Assembly (NCBI RefSeq): GCF_009914755.1
Contig: NC_060934.1
Strand: one strand, 5' to 3'
Origin: the human T2T-CHM13v2.0 reference genome, Homo sapiens
DNA length: 64,000 nt
The notes beneath the pieces are model-generated. The model saw only the letters and a program-made list of their open reading frames with translations. It ran no database searches and was not told the origin of the DNA. Of the stretch, positions 31,230 to 46,451 are shown one piece after another; the first letter of the stretch is position 1, and every line of letters begins with the position of its first letter. The position numbers were made by a program, and so were the translations under genes.

Positions 31230-34200
31230 TAGCACATGCCAGTTTTTTTCTTGGAAGTTTCTTAAAGGATACGTCCAAGTTTAGCAATGTGATTTTTGGA
31301 GGAGTCTGAAATGCGTAAGTGTTAAGGAACCTCTTCCTTAATTACTTCTTCATTCTTAAAAAACCAATCCAGACATTGATTTTTCTTCTGAAACATGTAT
31401 TTTATCTAGACTTTCCTGATTATATGTAGTCACAAATACCAACCTTATACAGGTCTTCATCACTACATGCTTGTATTATATACTAGGTTACTGACAGGCT
31501 GTGATATCAACTAAATTATTTTGGACAAAACATTTAACTTCTCTGAATCCTCAATTTCCTACCTATACAAGAAGGAGGTTGGAGTTACCAATATCCTTCC
31601 CTGAAAAAAATGTGTAACCTCTTGATCCACTAATATATTCTATACCCCTCTGCTGTAAGACCCATCCCTAAGCACTATTTTCAATGGATCACACTGTGCA
31701 TAAAAGTTTAAATAGCTTCCTATCTATCCATCTATTTGTCTGTCTATGTATCTGCCTATTTATCCAAAGTGACCGAACTCCTCTGCTTGCATTGGTTTTT
31801 TCCTGCTTTGTATTCTGCATTAATTTTCTGCATGTCTAGTACACATAACCTCCCTTTTACTCTAGTCCAGTGATATACACTTGGCAAGTAGTGGGAAGGG
31901 AATAGTAGAAATAACTCATGGAATAATCACCCAGGCATCTTTTATCAAAGTACACACACCCAAGCATGCCAGATACATCTGCCATCCAGATCTGTCTCCC
32001 TTGAAAGAAAAGAAAATGTCTCAAACATGTGTTACACTTCCCAGTTATCCTCATGCTCCCAACTCCCATCCCAATTGCAAACCATTCTGGCCCATATTGA
32101 TCTACCTTTCCTCTCAACTTATCTCATTATCTGGGCCTTAACTGTTTTCTTTGTTTCAGTATTGTCTGCCCAAATAAAGGATTCTTGAGGAGAGAGATCA
32201 TATCACATACTTCTTTAAATTCTCACAGTACCCAATACATCCCCATCCCTACTACTAAGCTATCAACACAGGTTTATATGCAAAAAGGACTCTAATTTTT
32301 AGCAATCTTCTTTTAAGTTCCATACGCTGTGACCTAAGTCTCACCTCCCTCTGTAGAAGCCTGTTAAGTATTGTTTAAATAACCTCAAGATCTTTTCATT
32401 TTCTAACCCAATCATTCTTTAAACACTTTCTTATTACATCTTTCCATGAAAAAAAACCCAACAAGTTCCTATCAAAATCTATTCCATGGGATTTTAATAG
32501 ATGACAGCAGAAAAAAATCTCAGTCTAAGTTCAGAAAACATTGAAATAGTGTTTTTTAAATGTAATATCTTACTGGGACTTACAATTCATAGAAAGTATT
32601 TCAGATAATGATGCATTTAACTATTATTGGTATCTCTCCATTGCAATTTGATTTTTGTGATTTGAATGTATTCCCCAGATTCTAGAAAAGCTAAATTTAA
32701 TTCTAAAAGGAAAAAGTGACCAAAACACACATTAGAATGATGAATGCCATTATAGAAAACTATCTTCCACAGATGCCAGACAAAAATTCGGGAACAAGTA
32801 CAATGTATGCACTCCTTTTTCACTTTGATTCCGTTGTCTTCCTCTTAAGATTATTATTAAAGCAATCCCTGAGGAAACGTGAGGGTTCCATACCCTCATG
32901 CATAGTAAGTACAAAACACTGTGAAACCTCTAAGTCTACAAGTGCTCATCCTCAGATAGAGGACAGGAAAGCAGATTGCCTGAGGAAGGTTAGTAGTGGG
33001 ATTATGTGCCAGGAGCTGTTTTCTACTCACAGAAAAGCTATAGGCCTGCAAAGTGATCTTCATAAAGAAAACTGAATCAAGGTAAGCTCTGCAGGATACC
33101 CCAAATCTAAGGGGGCAGAAATACATTAGACTTTCCTGTTATTCTTCAGCTACTGTCTGCTAAGAATCAGATAATTTTCTCCTCTGAATTCAATGGCTCT
33201 CTCTTTCTGAAGTACATCCTCCTTCCTCCCTAATTCTATAGTTGCTGCTGGCTGTAGTATGCAAGATATACCTATTTTTTCATTTTTGTTTTATGAATGA
33301 AGGAAACAAGGTTTCCTTTATGTTTTTGGTTACACGTTGAATAACCTAAAACAGCCAAAGAGAGCTATGAATGGATTGTCATAAAGATAAATAAAAGGAG
33401 ATAAACTTTAAAAGATGATTATTCTTCCAGTTTCTCCATTTTTATAGTATCAGGGGTATAACTAAGAGGAGGTTGAGCAAGAGAGGACCATATATAGGAC
33501 ACAATTTGATATGATTTGTTTATAGCTTGGCAACTTTGCCACATGAAAATTCCTGGCCCCCTATCAAGTAGGTGATTTGAATCATCAAGGTCTGGAAATA
33601 AACTGGCTTTCCAAGAGACATAACTGCTACTGAGGGGTCAGCCCAAATTAGTTTCTTTCTGGGTCCTGGTCAGAAAGTTGTTAGGAAAAAGCTGCCATAG
33701 CTTCAGCACTTCTACCACCTTGTTTTCCTTTCCCGCATGGGAGTGGTGCCATGTATTCTTCCACAGTAAGCCACAGAAATTTATAAATGAAATCATTCCA
33801 ATTATCCCCATAAATGAGATGTCTCTTAAGGAGAGAAGTAAAACTGACATTCTCTTCTCTGGACAGTGAGCAATGGAAAACATGCTTCTTAGCTTTAGGG
33901 ACTGAAGTCCTGCCAAGATTTTCCTGTCTAAGTATCCCCATCCCCTTATTGAGGGAGACACTATATGCAGGCAAGTCTGACCATTTAAATTAAACAATCA
34001 AACAAGATGGAAAGTCAGTACTGGATATTATCATAGAAAGCAATTGCTAAAGAGAATGTTTTGGTCAATTTAGATGTTCAAGCCGGGAATTGAAGATTAA
34101 TATTTGTCTTGAAACCAGAAGACATGAGTTCAGATAACCAGCTTCAAAACTTATAAACTGTTTTTAACATTACAATTATGTAATATTTGAACCTCAGTTT

Positions 34201-34509
34201 CCTAATATGCAGAATGAGGATCACTTTTATTACATTTTATAAGTAAATGTTTCTGGATTAATAACACACACATCAAATGTTATTTGAGCTTTCAAACTAG
34301 TTGACTTGATGTTAATGTCAATGCTATCCATTAATAAAAAAGAATGCCACAGTGCTATTGAATAATAATTTTTTAAAAATAAAAGAGAATGATAAGCTCT
34401 CTATGTCTTGATATAAAAAGATATCCAGAATATACAAAGTAAAAAGGATGCATAATTGTATAGACTGCTCCCTTTTCTCTAACAGAGGCAAGTTAAGAAT
34501 ATATACTGG

Positions 34510-34810
<301 letters not shown>

Positions 34811-36145
34811 GGAATGTATATTGATAATTTCTTGTATATGCTCTACATAGAAACTCCAAAAAAGACACATAAGACATTAATAACAATAGTTACCTGCTTG
34901 GGGTGGGAGACCTCAGAGCTGGAGATGGCAGTTGGTTTTGGAAGGAGTCTTTTTACCATTTTCTGTTATATATTTTCTTTTTGAACTATGTGAGAAAGTA
35001 TTATCTATTCAATAATTTCTTTAAAAAAAAGAAGGATAAATAGGAAAGCAGAAAGTTTGATGGGATCTTCCTTTTCATGCCCTTTATCTCTAAGTCTACT
35101 GTCTTTCCAACCAACAACAACCTGCTTATAAGTTATTAATTTTTTATTGATTTTTTCCAGATAAAATGTATACTTTCTAAAAATCTGATTTCATCCTCAA
35201 AGATGCTACAGTTGATGAGAGGCCAGAAGAAGTAACTGCCATTACTCATCCCCTTGGTAATTTGAGCTGTGCACCTGACCCCACTTACAGTCCTTAGAAA
35301 GGTCAATATTGATATATGTGCCAGCACCAATTCAGTATTTCCAAAAGAAAAGGACATAAAAGACATAAATAGGCACTACAGTTCAGCTCAGGGGATGATT
35401 AATTAATTTCCAGTGTACAGCCATGCCCTGTAACCCAGAAGTGATTATCTCCAAAAATCATCCATAGATAAAACAGGAAGAAAATTACTCATTGACAGTA
35501 TCTGAAGCAACAAGGCAATGCTATAGGATTTATCAGCCTTAGTATGGGCTGTGACTAAATACCAAATGCGGAAATTACAGAAAGAGTCATAATAAAGTCT
35601 CTCTAGAAAAGACGTCATTCTTTATCTTGAAATTTTAATATTTAATGCATTTTCAGCAGTAAGGCAAGGACCCCAGATGAAAGCCATATGTCTCTTCGAG
35701 TTTAAAGAAACGGGACCTAATGAGATGATCTGAAATGCTATTGAGCTCATTGAGGAGTTAGAAATAACACTAGCTGCTATGGGAATACAAAGTTTTCTCT
35801 TTGGTTACGTTGTAGCCTCTGGACTCACACTGAGTGTAGTGGCTGACTAGCTACTACATGGTTTACTATATTAAGCTTTCTCAAGACCAATACTCAGCTT
35901 TATGTATTTACATTTTCTATTACAGATGCTCTCTGTTTAAAGGGCCTAACTTTAGCCTACTGAAGAGCTACATTATAGGTATATTTGAGGGGGCTTCTGA
36001 CACTTATTAAACAAAATAATAGATACTTCATTAAAAATAATAGAAATGATTGGCATTTATACAGGGTGACTTCCACGCATGAGGAGATTTTTCTCTGATC
36101 TTCCGACTCTCATTTGCATGTGTCTATTTGACTTACATGCCTCAG

Positions 36146-36258
36146 TAGGATGACCAACCATCCCAGTTTGCCCAGGACTGAGGCATTTCCCAGGACATGG
36201 GATTTTCAGTGCTAAAAGCAAAAAAGTCTTGGGCAAACTGGGACGATTGGTCACCCTA
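36146..36258 (+). mobile_element. MER81-like hAT MITE
   Basis: TAGG(A)TGACCAA...TTGGTCACCCTA terminal inverted repeats, about 113 bp. Confidence 0.8.
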
Positions 36259-36264
36259 TTCCTG

Positions 36265-37105
36265 AAAGATACTAAATGTAATATATCCCAAACTGACCGT
36301 TTATGTTTTTATCTACAACCCCAGTGTGCTCCTCTAGTTTTCTCTGTATCAGTAAATGGACCCATCACCATCCCGGATTTTTTTTTTTGCCTTCATTTCC
36401 TCCCATCTAATGCTTCAACATGTCCTTTTGATTCTACCTTCAAAATATACTTTGAATGTATCCACTTCTTTCCCTCTCCAAGGCCACCGTGCTAATCCAA
36501 GCCACCCATTCCATCTCCCCTTTTCATTCTTTTCCCCTGTGATGTATCCTCCACTTAGCAATCAGACGGATCTGTTAAATGTAATCACGTCATGTCACTT
36601 TTCTGCTCTCAACTGTTCAACAACTTCCCAATACTTCCCACAGCTTTAAAGGTTCTGTGTGATGGGTTCTAATCTGTCTTTCTGACTTGATCTCATGCCA
36701 TCCTGTTCTCCAACCCTCAAACCTGAGAATTCAAAGTGCACAACAAGCTCTTCCTTTCATCACGGCCTTCATACCTGCAATTCCATCTGTTGAGAATGTT
36801 TTCTGCTGCTCTCTTTGGCCTGCTGATTCTTCTTTAAATGTCACCTCTTGGCCTTCCTAATCCCTTTATCTAAAGTAGAAACTATACCCATATTTTCTAT
36901 CATATCACCTGTCAAATATCCTGCATAGTACTTATCAACATTTTTAATGATTTCTTTTTATTGAGTTGTTTATTTCTTGTTGTATCCCCACTCCCAGGAC
37001 AACATGAACTACATGAGGGCATTGACCACCCCCCAATGGCTTCGATATCTTTTAATTTTTTATATCTAGCATCTATTCTACTTCACAACACATAGTTGGC
37101 ATTTA
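36265..37105. mobile_element. L2 LINE remnant(s)
   Basis: Pyrimidine-rich, with L2-type motifs such as ttctacctt.caaaata, aactacatgagggca and catagttggcatt. Confidence 0.55.
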
Positions 37106-38705
37106 AATCTTTTTGCAAATGAACTATTATCCACCAGTCAGTAGGCTTCTCTCTTATTGTCATGATAATTATATAAGTAGGTATTACCTGTATTTTACAG
37201 ATGAGGAAGTTGAATCTCAGAGAATCAGTTCACTTGCCAAGTGCCCATGGTTAGAAAGTGGCTGGTTCAAGTGCTGAATCCTGTTCTAACTCTACTATAT
37301 CAATCCCAGCTCTTCTTACTACCCTTGTTAATTGAGTAGAACAGAGATTTAGACGTTGACCAAGATGCTTTAATAGATGTGGCCAAAGTGACTTTAAAAT
37401 ACTGGAAAGAACTTCAGAAGCATTGAAGGATGGAAAACCACAGAGATACCTAAGAGTTTCTGTATATATATGCAGAAGTTACCCACTGACTGTCACAGAA
37501 GTATAGAATCTTGGTAGGCTTAGGGATAGGATGGCTGAGTGGATGAAACCTTCTCTTCACTCCTCACAACATGTATTTGTTGTTGTTTTAAGGCTAAAGG
37601 TATTTCATAAAGAAAGATGTGGTCACAGGCCCATTTCTACTTGTAGATCACAAGTCCTTATGTAAATGACTAATCCAGGGGCATATGTTGAGCCTTTTGA
37701 GATCTGGAATATGTTGTCACTTTATGATTAATACCAGGTAATGTACAATAGAACAGGGAAAGGAGGCATTCTCCTCAAGAAGACTTCATTTGAAAATTAA
37801 ATATGCTAGTTTGTTCATTCATCTGTTCATTTTTCCATTCACTCAGCAAACATTTATTCAATACCTACTATGTGCAGAAAAGGGGAGGTCATGACCTATA
37901 AATAGTGCTTCCATGTAAGAAGTTCAAGATGTAGTACAAGAAACAGAAAGTGGCCTACAAGATAGTTAGAGCTGTGATAGGGTAGTTGCATCTGTTATTC
38001 GAGCACTGAAAGTCAATCACGCCAGTCTTAGGGTTGAGACAGGGGACTACAAGAAAGCTTCCTTGGCATAATTGAAATGGAAGCATAGATATGCATGACA
38101 AGGAGAGATTAACCAGGTAAATACTAATCAGTCTTTTCTTCTTTGTAAAATATAATAAATCTTTTCTTTGAGCTCCAGGCTCATATATTCAAATGCCTGA
38201 CAACTCTATCTAGATGCCTCACAGAGACTTCAAAACTAAGATATCCAAAGCTGAAGACTTGTATTTCAACTTAACTCTCCCAAAAAACTCTACCTCTCTA
38301 TTCTTATTATATAAACACCAAACAAATTTCCTTACTGTTTATAGATCATCCCTGCTTTATTATTTTTAATAAGACATAAGGAAAGGGGCTGTAATTGGAG
38401 TCCTTTCCTTTTAGGCACTATGCCTATTTCCTAGTCTTGGGTTCATTTGCTAATTTGCAGGTGGAGAGAGTTGGGGAGAAAGGGATATGATATACCCTGG
38501 TGTCTTTGCCATTTACTTCCTATCAACACACAACACTATAACCTCCAGAATGGTGGCATAGCCTGGCATCATGTGGCACTACTGCTCGTGGCCAGTAACC
38601 TATCAGGAACTCATCTGAAATTTTGGAGCCAGGCTAATAAAAATATTGATGTAATGGCAAAGTGCTCTGACAAATTGGATGATCTCATTAGCACTGTGTG
38701 GACTA

Positions 38706-38972
<267 letters not shown>

Positions 38973-40348
38973 TTATCATAAGCAAAGAGAACCCACTAGT
39001 TCTAAGAATGGAGAGACTTTCAGGAATTCCTTCCCCTGATGCCAAATCTGTAGAAATGAACACTAATGATGGCTTTCCACAGGGCAACGGCAACCCTTAT
39101 AACCAGAGCCATTAGCATAAGCTCCCAATCGGGTGTGAAAACAGGGCTCTAGAGGCTAGGATCTCATGGAGGTGGAGGGTATGTGTGGGAGTAGCTCAGT
39201 GGTTTAGATTTCAGAGGAGGAAGAGTTTGCAGGAAAACCAGTGGTGCCTGGCCCCACCTGCCATGTACTGTAGCACCCGAAATTCCACACACAAAGATTT
39301 ATTTACTTAGATTATGGAGTTGTGGGTTCATCAAGAGCTCCTGTGGAAACGCAAATAATTCTGGAAGACATTATGCATGTAGACACCCAAGGAAATACAG
39401 GAGAGGATGGGAAAGGGTAGATGGGAGTGTCAGCCTCAACATGACAGATTTTGCTATTTTGTCTTATGATAGCTTTTAAGATCCAGGAATTATTACAAGG
39501 TGGCTTTATATAAACCTAGATAATTAAAAATAAAAAAGCCCCCTGAGACTTATCAAGGAATTACATTTTAGAGTATGCAAGGGTACTGGTTGTTTGAATG
39601 AGGCATTTATATTGATTTCTCAATTACATAGCTCATTTTCTTTGTTTGATGTTTGTTTCCTAGTTAGACTTTGTCTTGATGTTTAAACATTGCATATTTT
39701 ATAAACCTGCCACATCATTACAGTTTAATACCACTGAATTAGTATTCCCTTCCAGTTCTTTTTAGTCACTCTCCTTGCAGAAATTTGGAAAAACTCCCAT
39801 GTCTCTAAGTATTAAAGTTAGAGTGTGGAGAGAGGAAGAAAATAATTTTTTATTGGTAAATTATAATAGTCTATTTTAAATGGATTTTAGAGTTAATACT
39901 CTCACCACCATCTCCAGAGAAAGACAGAAAAAGAAGGACACTAGCCCACACGGCAGGAGAACCACATTCTACACCTGGCCCACCACCTTCCAGCTATGTA
40001 ACCCTCCCCTCTCTATGAGCATAAATGTCCTCATCCATGCACTGAAGTGTGTGGAGTAAATGATTTCTCAGGCCTCTTCTGTTTCTAACATCCAACAATC
40101 CAATAACCTAGGGAGGTTAGTGCTCCACATGTTGAAATGTTCCTGGCATTGAAGTGAATCATTCCACTTGGGAGTCTGGAGGTCCTCAGTTTCTTTGTAA
40201 GGAGGTTTATTACATGGGGCCAAACAATGACAGAGATACAGGGTGCTTTATTTCAAAAGGGAGTTACAGTCTAAGCAGAAAACAAGGTGCAAGAGGGCAC
40301 AGGTGGAAATGAATCTAAAATGCTCTGGAGCACATTATCACTAGTTTA

Positions 40349-40474
<126 letters not shown>

Positions 40475-41630
40475 CTACCAAGGGAAGGAAAAAATGGGGG
40501 TGGAAGGGAGGGAAGGAGGGAGAGGGTGGGGGAGAAAAAGAGAAAAGGAAAAACAAAATTTTTAAACAGATGAGCTACACAAAGATAGTTTAGGAATATA
40601 TAAAGCTGGGAGAGAAATTCGGGTGTGAAATTTCTGATGGAGTTGCTTCTGATGAAGTTACCTCTAGGAAACAGTAAATATTCTTGACCTCCTCTACTCT
40701 TTAATCCTTGCTATGGGCACTATTTCTAAATGTGCCTGGTCACCTAACATTTTTCACATAGTCCTGGCCATGCCAGTGCCCCTGCAGTCAAACTGTCAAT
40801 CACCTTGCAGGTCACCCACAGCCCATATATACCCCATTGCCAGGCCATTTTCTGTAGCACTGCAGATGACTGCACTGATACAAACCAGTGGTTACTACCT
40901 TGCTTGTGGCTCACACACATGCTTATGACCATAACCCGTGGGAGAATACTGAAAAACTGGAAGATTTAGCTCTTATCAGTTATATCCTCTAAGCTAAAGA
41001 AAGGAGACTCCGGAATCTCTAAAACCTGACAATATTCCCGAGAAGTCAGTTTGTTAGGGGGATACGCGGATTTCTAATATCTTCACTAGTGGTAGTCAAA
41101 CATACTGTCCCTCTACCCCCACAGATCAGTAAAAACTGATCTTAAACAAGTCAAGGCTACCATAGGAACTTACATGCAGGCTGAAGAAAATTAATGGTTA
41201 CTTTAAATTATGGATGTACAAGGAAGTATAAAATATACTCAAGGTGACATGATCATAAACATAATAGCCTGAAATATGTGCATTGTTAATGACCAAATCT
41301 AGGGGTTCTGTCATTTTTTTTCTTTAAGGATCCACTAAATCCATGTAACAATGGCAGGTTGTTGGTGAGAGGGAGGCACAGGAAGATGGCAGATTTTTAA
41401 AACTCAAAGGAAAAAACTACTGTGTGACAGGATCATCACGTGTACATGAGTTTAGGTATGCTCATTGTAAAACACAAGGCATGATTCTGTCAGTTCTAAA
41501 GTGATTTAAAAACCATACATTTTAAAATTAAAATAGAAAAGAAGATTGACAATGTTTCTTTCCTAGAAGAGCTTGAATAGGAGACTGGTTTCCCTGAGGG
41601 ATGGCAGAGGGATAGGGAAGGGGTTTTGGC

Positions 41631-41650
41631 GGGGGGGGGGGGGGGGGGGG
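41631..41650 (+). repeat. G20 homopolymer
   Basis: 20 consecutive G. Confidence 0.95.
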
Positions 41651-44542
41651 AAATCCTGGTTTCAGGACCATGGACAGTGACACGTGGCCATCAATCCCCA
41701 GCTCTCTAAAACAGCTTAGCCTAGTCCTATCTATGGTTTGCTAGAATGATGCACTGTATCGTCTAGTACTTTGGTTTGGGTAGCAGTCTGGTTACACGGA
41801 AAGTCAATGTTTTACATTTGGTTTCCCAAAATCCTTAGAGAATTCTCCACTCCGATCTGAGAACACACCTTGTTGAACAATGCTTCACTGGATCTGTTCC
41901 ACACAGTTATTTCCATCTTTTGAAATATGGTAAAAACAAACACACACACACACAAAATCCTAAGGCCTTAAGCCAGTGACTGCAAAAGAAATAAGTTTTT
42001 ACTACGGTGCATAGAACTTAGAAGAAATTTAAGGCTAAATTTCTGACAAAATAATTTAAAGCCTGAAATCAGTTTCTGAAATGAATTTATTTCCCTACCC
42101 TTGAAGAAGCTGTTAAAAGGGTTAAATCAAACTCACATGGATGGCAGCTCTCAAATCACATGGAAAGTTCTCATATACAAGCTGTAGATCTTCAAGACTT
42201 TTAACTTCTTAAGTGAAATATTCTGATTCAAAAGACCCCAAACGTCATACACACGGAAATTACATAGGTTTAGATTTTGTTCAATGCAATTAAAATTGAC
42301 CTCCTAAGTGCCATTGTATGAGATTTGTGATCTGCCAAAGATGGTTCAAAAAGACACATTAGAAAAATTACTGGGAGGGTTATAAAAAGACCTCAGTTGC
42401 TGTTCTGGCTAGAACTATTCTTTGCTGTGTGATTCTGGGAAACTCACTTCCCCTTTCTGGGCCTCAGCATCTTCAGTTGTCAGATAAGACAAAAGACTGA
42501 TTCTTTCCAATTCTAACATTCCCTGATTCCACTGAAAGTAGACGTGTGGCTGACGCAGCCTTTTCTTAGCCCAAGAGTCCAATAATCAAATGCAAAATCA
42601 GATGTAGAGATGTAGAGAATTTGGGGTAGGTATATAAAATGGTTACAGTAAACAGAGATGGAAAGATATACGTGATACATGGGTATCAAAATAGCACAGA
42701 GGCCCAGCAGGAGCCCAGATTCAAAAATTAGCAATGGGTGGTATGAATTCCACAGTCAGGCTGTCAGGAAGGGGAGCCTTACACACAGCAACCAGTTAAA
42801 GCCCACTGACATGTCAAACCTCTAAGCACAGCCTGGCATGCTGACAGGAAGGAAAAGCGTTTCCTGAGACCTGTGAGGTTCTGATAATAACAAAGACTTC
42901 TATAGACACTGAAGCAGCGGTGACCAAGGAGCTTCCTTCCCCTACTGCTCCCTGATCTGTCCTTCCATATGTGTATTTAAGTCTATGTTTGTGTGTGTGT
43001 ACATGTGTGTGCATGTGCATGTGAGCTCTAGCTTCAGAAAACTCTAGACAAAGGCAGAAGATGTTTCCAGGAGGAATTCTCTTCCAAAATAAGCATCCAA
43101 GATCTGTGGCTGTGGGTAGAAAACTCCAGTGGAGAATTAACATGTACAATTTTCCTTTATTTTCTGACAAGGCAGAGACTGCCATGGAGTAGCCTATTTA
43201 AATATATAACTCATAGATTAAAAAGTTTGTGTTATCTAGGACCATTTACTTCCTTTGTACCAAACACTGTAATAAGCATTATGTATGTACTTCCTTATTT
43301 ACTACTTACAAACTTAAGAAGTCGCTACCTAATACTCCATTTTACACATGACCAAACTGAGACTCAGAAAGATAACAAGTCCAAAATCACAGAGTTCTTA
43401 AGTAGCCGTGCTGGATTCAAATCCAAAATAGTCTGACTCAAGAACTGCCAGATAAGAAGTGTTAACAGGTGCTGGGAATGGAGCCCCTGGTTGTTACTCT
43501 GTATTTTCCAATACGAGGACATCATAGATCCAGTAACACGCCAGCAGCAAACAGGTGAAATAAACTTCTCCCAGGATATCTGGATCTTTTAAAAAGCAGA
43601 CACTTAAAAATTTTACTTCTATTCTATTGCAGAACCTACTCATCTGTAATCCACTGACCCAAGTTGCGACCTGATAGAACACAACTATCTTAGGCAAGTC
43701 ATTTCCATCAGGTGTCAGTTTCATTATCTGTAAAATAAAATCCTGGACTAATAATGTGTTGAGCTCCCTTCTGCTCTGTAAAAGACAATAAATAGCTGTG
43801 ACTGCCTGACTTTGGGGAAGACAATCTTCAACATCCTGACTAAAGTTGCCTTGAAAGCCAAACTGATTTTTCCCCCATTTTTGCAAAGCTAAAATCTGCT
43901 CCTTAAAACTCCTCCTTCAGTGAATTTCAGGCCACTGTGGGAAGCAGGACAGGAAGAATGGAAGAGTGGAATATTATCCATTCTCACCTCCCTCCCCAGT
44001 ACTTACTCTCATACTCACAAGAACTTTCCAATTGCCTCTGTACCAAGTGTTTAGTGAACCTTTAAATATTTCAAGATGTATGAGAGATTATTCCCTGTTC
44101 TCTTTTATTCTAATAACAAGCTATTCTGAGCTCTCTGCCGAAGACCCAATGTCTTTGTCCAGTTCTCTGTGGATATGCTTTTTCTGTATGCCATGGTCAC
44201 TACTGGAGAAAATAAAAGCAACACTGACCATCAAGACACTTACCTATGACCCTATTGTTTCTTACATAAGAAGAAAGGAGGCTCATGTTTGCTGCAGTGC
44301 AGTACTAGCATGAAAACTAGTGTCTCTCTGATGGGGAAAGGAAGGCTTAGGGTTGGTTCTTATGAGTGGCCTGAACAGATGTCACTTGAGAGGTCCTCAT
44401 TCACCAACAAGGAAATACTTTAATGTCAAAGAAACCATCTCTCCCTCATTCTGTTCCACAATTGGAGACCCCTCCCTTGGATCTTTAATAAGTTCTTATC
44501 AAAATGCAATTGAGAAAAAGTGAAAAAAAAAGAAAAAAGAAA

Positions 44543-44566
44543 AAGAAGAAGAAGAAGAAGAAGAAG
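44543..44566 (+). repeat. (AAG)8 microsatellite
   Basis: Read directly. Confidence 0.9.
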
Positions 44567-44676
44567 ACCATAATTCAAAGCTTTCCAAATTTTGTTCCTC
44601 AGAAAAAAAAAGGTGAGATCAATAATCAAATAAGTTTGGAAATAATAGTTGTAATCCATTACTAGAAAATATCCTA

Positions 44677-45171
<495 letters not shown>

Positions 45172-45730
45172 CTATCACAAAACTCTGTTATGGGTGGATG
45201 TTGTCTTGGACTTTAGTGTAAAATGTCAAGATATTAGTCCAGGAAATGTGTTTTGTAAAGCTTAGAGGAGGCCAATTTAAGACTCGAAAGAGACAGTACT
45301 GTTGAGGTTCTGTCCTCAGTAGGTTGCCCAAGCCATACCTACCAACATTTTCAAGGAAGATTTAGATGAGTGGTTAACTTTTCTTGACATAACAGGACTT
45401 TTTTTTAATATGATGAAAGGATGGGCCTCTTTTCCAGAAATTGCATACACCCCCTCACATAACACACACTTTACATGCAATGCCAATAATTCACTAACTC
45501 TTTCAGGTCCATCGATAGATAGTTCATGGACCCAGGGTTAGATATATTCAAGAAAAAATGGCAGGAGTTCTGACGGAGAAACCAGGGATTCCCTGGGAAT
45601 ATTTTTAGCCAAGGGATTCTTAATCTTAATTATACATCAAAATTATTTGTGGAACTTAAACATAAACAACACATAGTTCCTCAATCCCAAATGCAAATTC
45701 CAAGTGGAATGTGTAGGGGGCAGGCATCCG

Positions 45731-45733
<3 letters not shown>

Positions 45734-45764
<31 letters not shown>
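45734..45764 (+). repeat. (AC)15 microsatellite
   Basis: Read directly. Confidence 0.92.
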
Positions 45765-45765
<1 letters not shown>

Positions 45766-46211
45766 TATTTGGATGAGGGTAGCTATTGTAAGCTACCACT
45801 TTTCTAGAATCTAACAAGAAATGTAGATGGACAGCTCCCAAGTGTTCCCAGAACTCATCCATTGATGCTACCACTGGACATGGAAAGAATATTGAGTTCA
45901 TCAAGAATGATATGTCTGATATGTGCATGTACATATACTTACTTAAGATTCTGGTCATTTCACCAAAAATGTTCAAACATGTGAGCCGCTGGGCTATCCT
46001 GTCTCTCATGACCATTTCCTCTTGAGGTATCAAGGCCTGCAATGGCATCCCCAACTAGCAAGTACACTAATTTTTGTCATTTATTGTTCCAGTCTCGCAG
46101 TTGCGTTAGGCAGGCACATTTGTGCTACTTCAGTCACACTTCATTGTAGCTTATAAATGTGGTATTTGAAAAACTGTATGAAATGAAGACAATAACAAAA
46201 CAGTTTTCTCA

Positions 46212-46451
<240 letters not shown>

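Noticed and set aside
35160-35215. Minus-strand FLESIH peptide as a remnant of the missing FAM13A-like YYESIHGRP exon
   Set aside because: Only four matching residues, no GRP or donor site, and no upstream LQK match; probably chance. Pieces near 33200 and 37400 were equally unconvincing.
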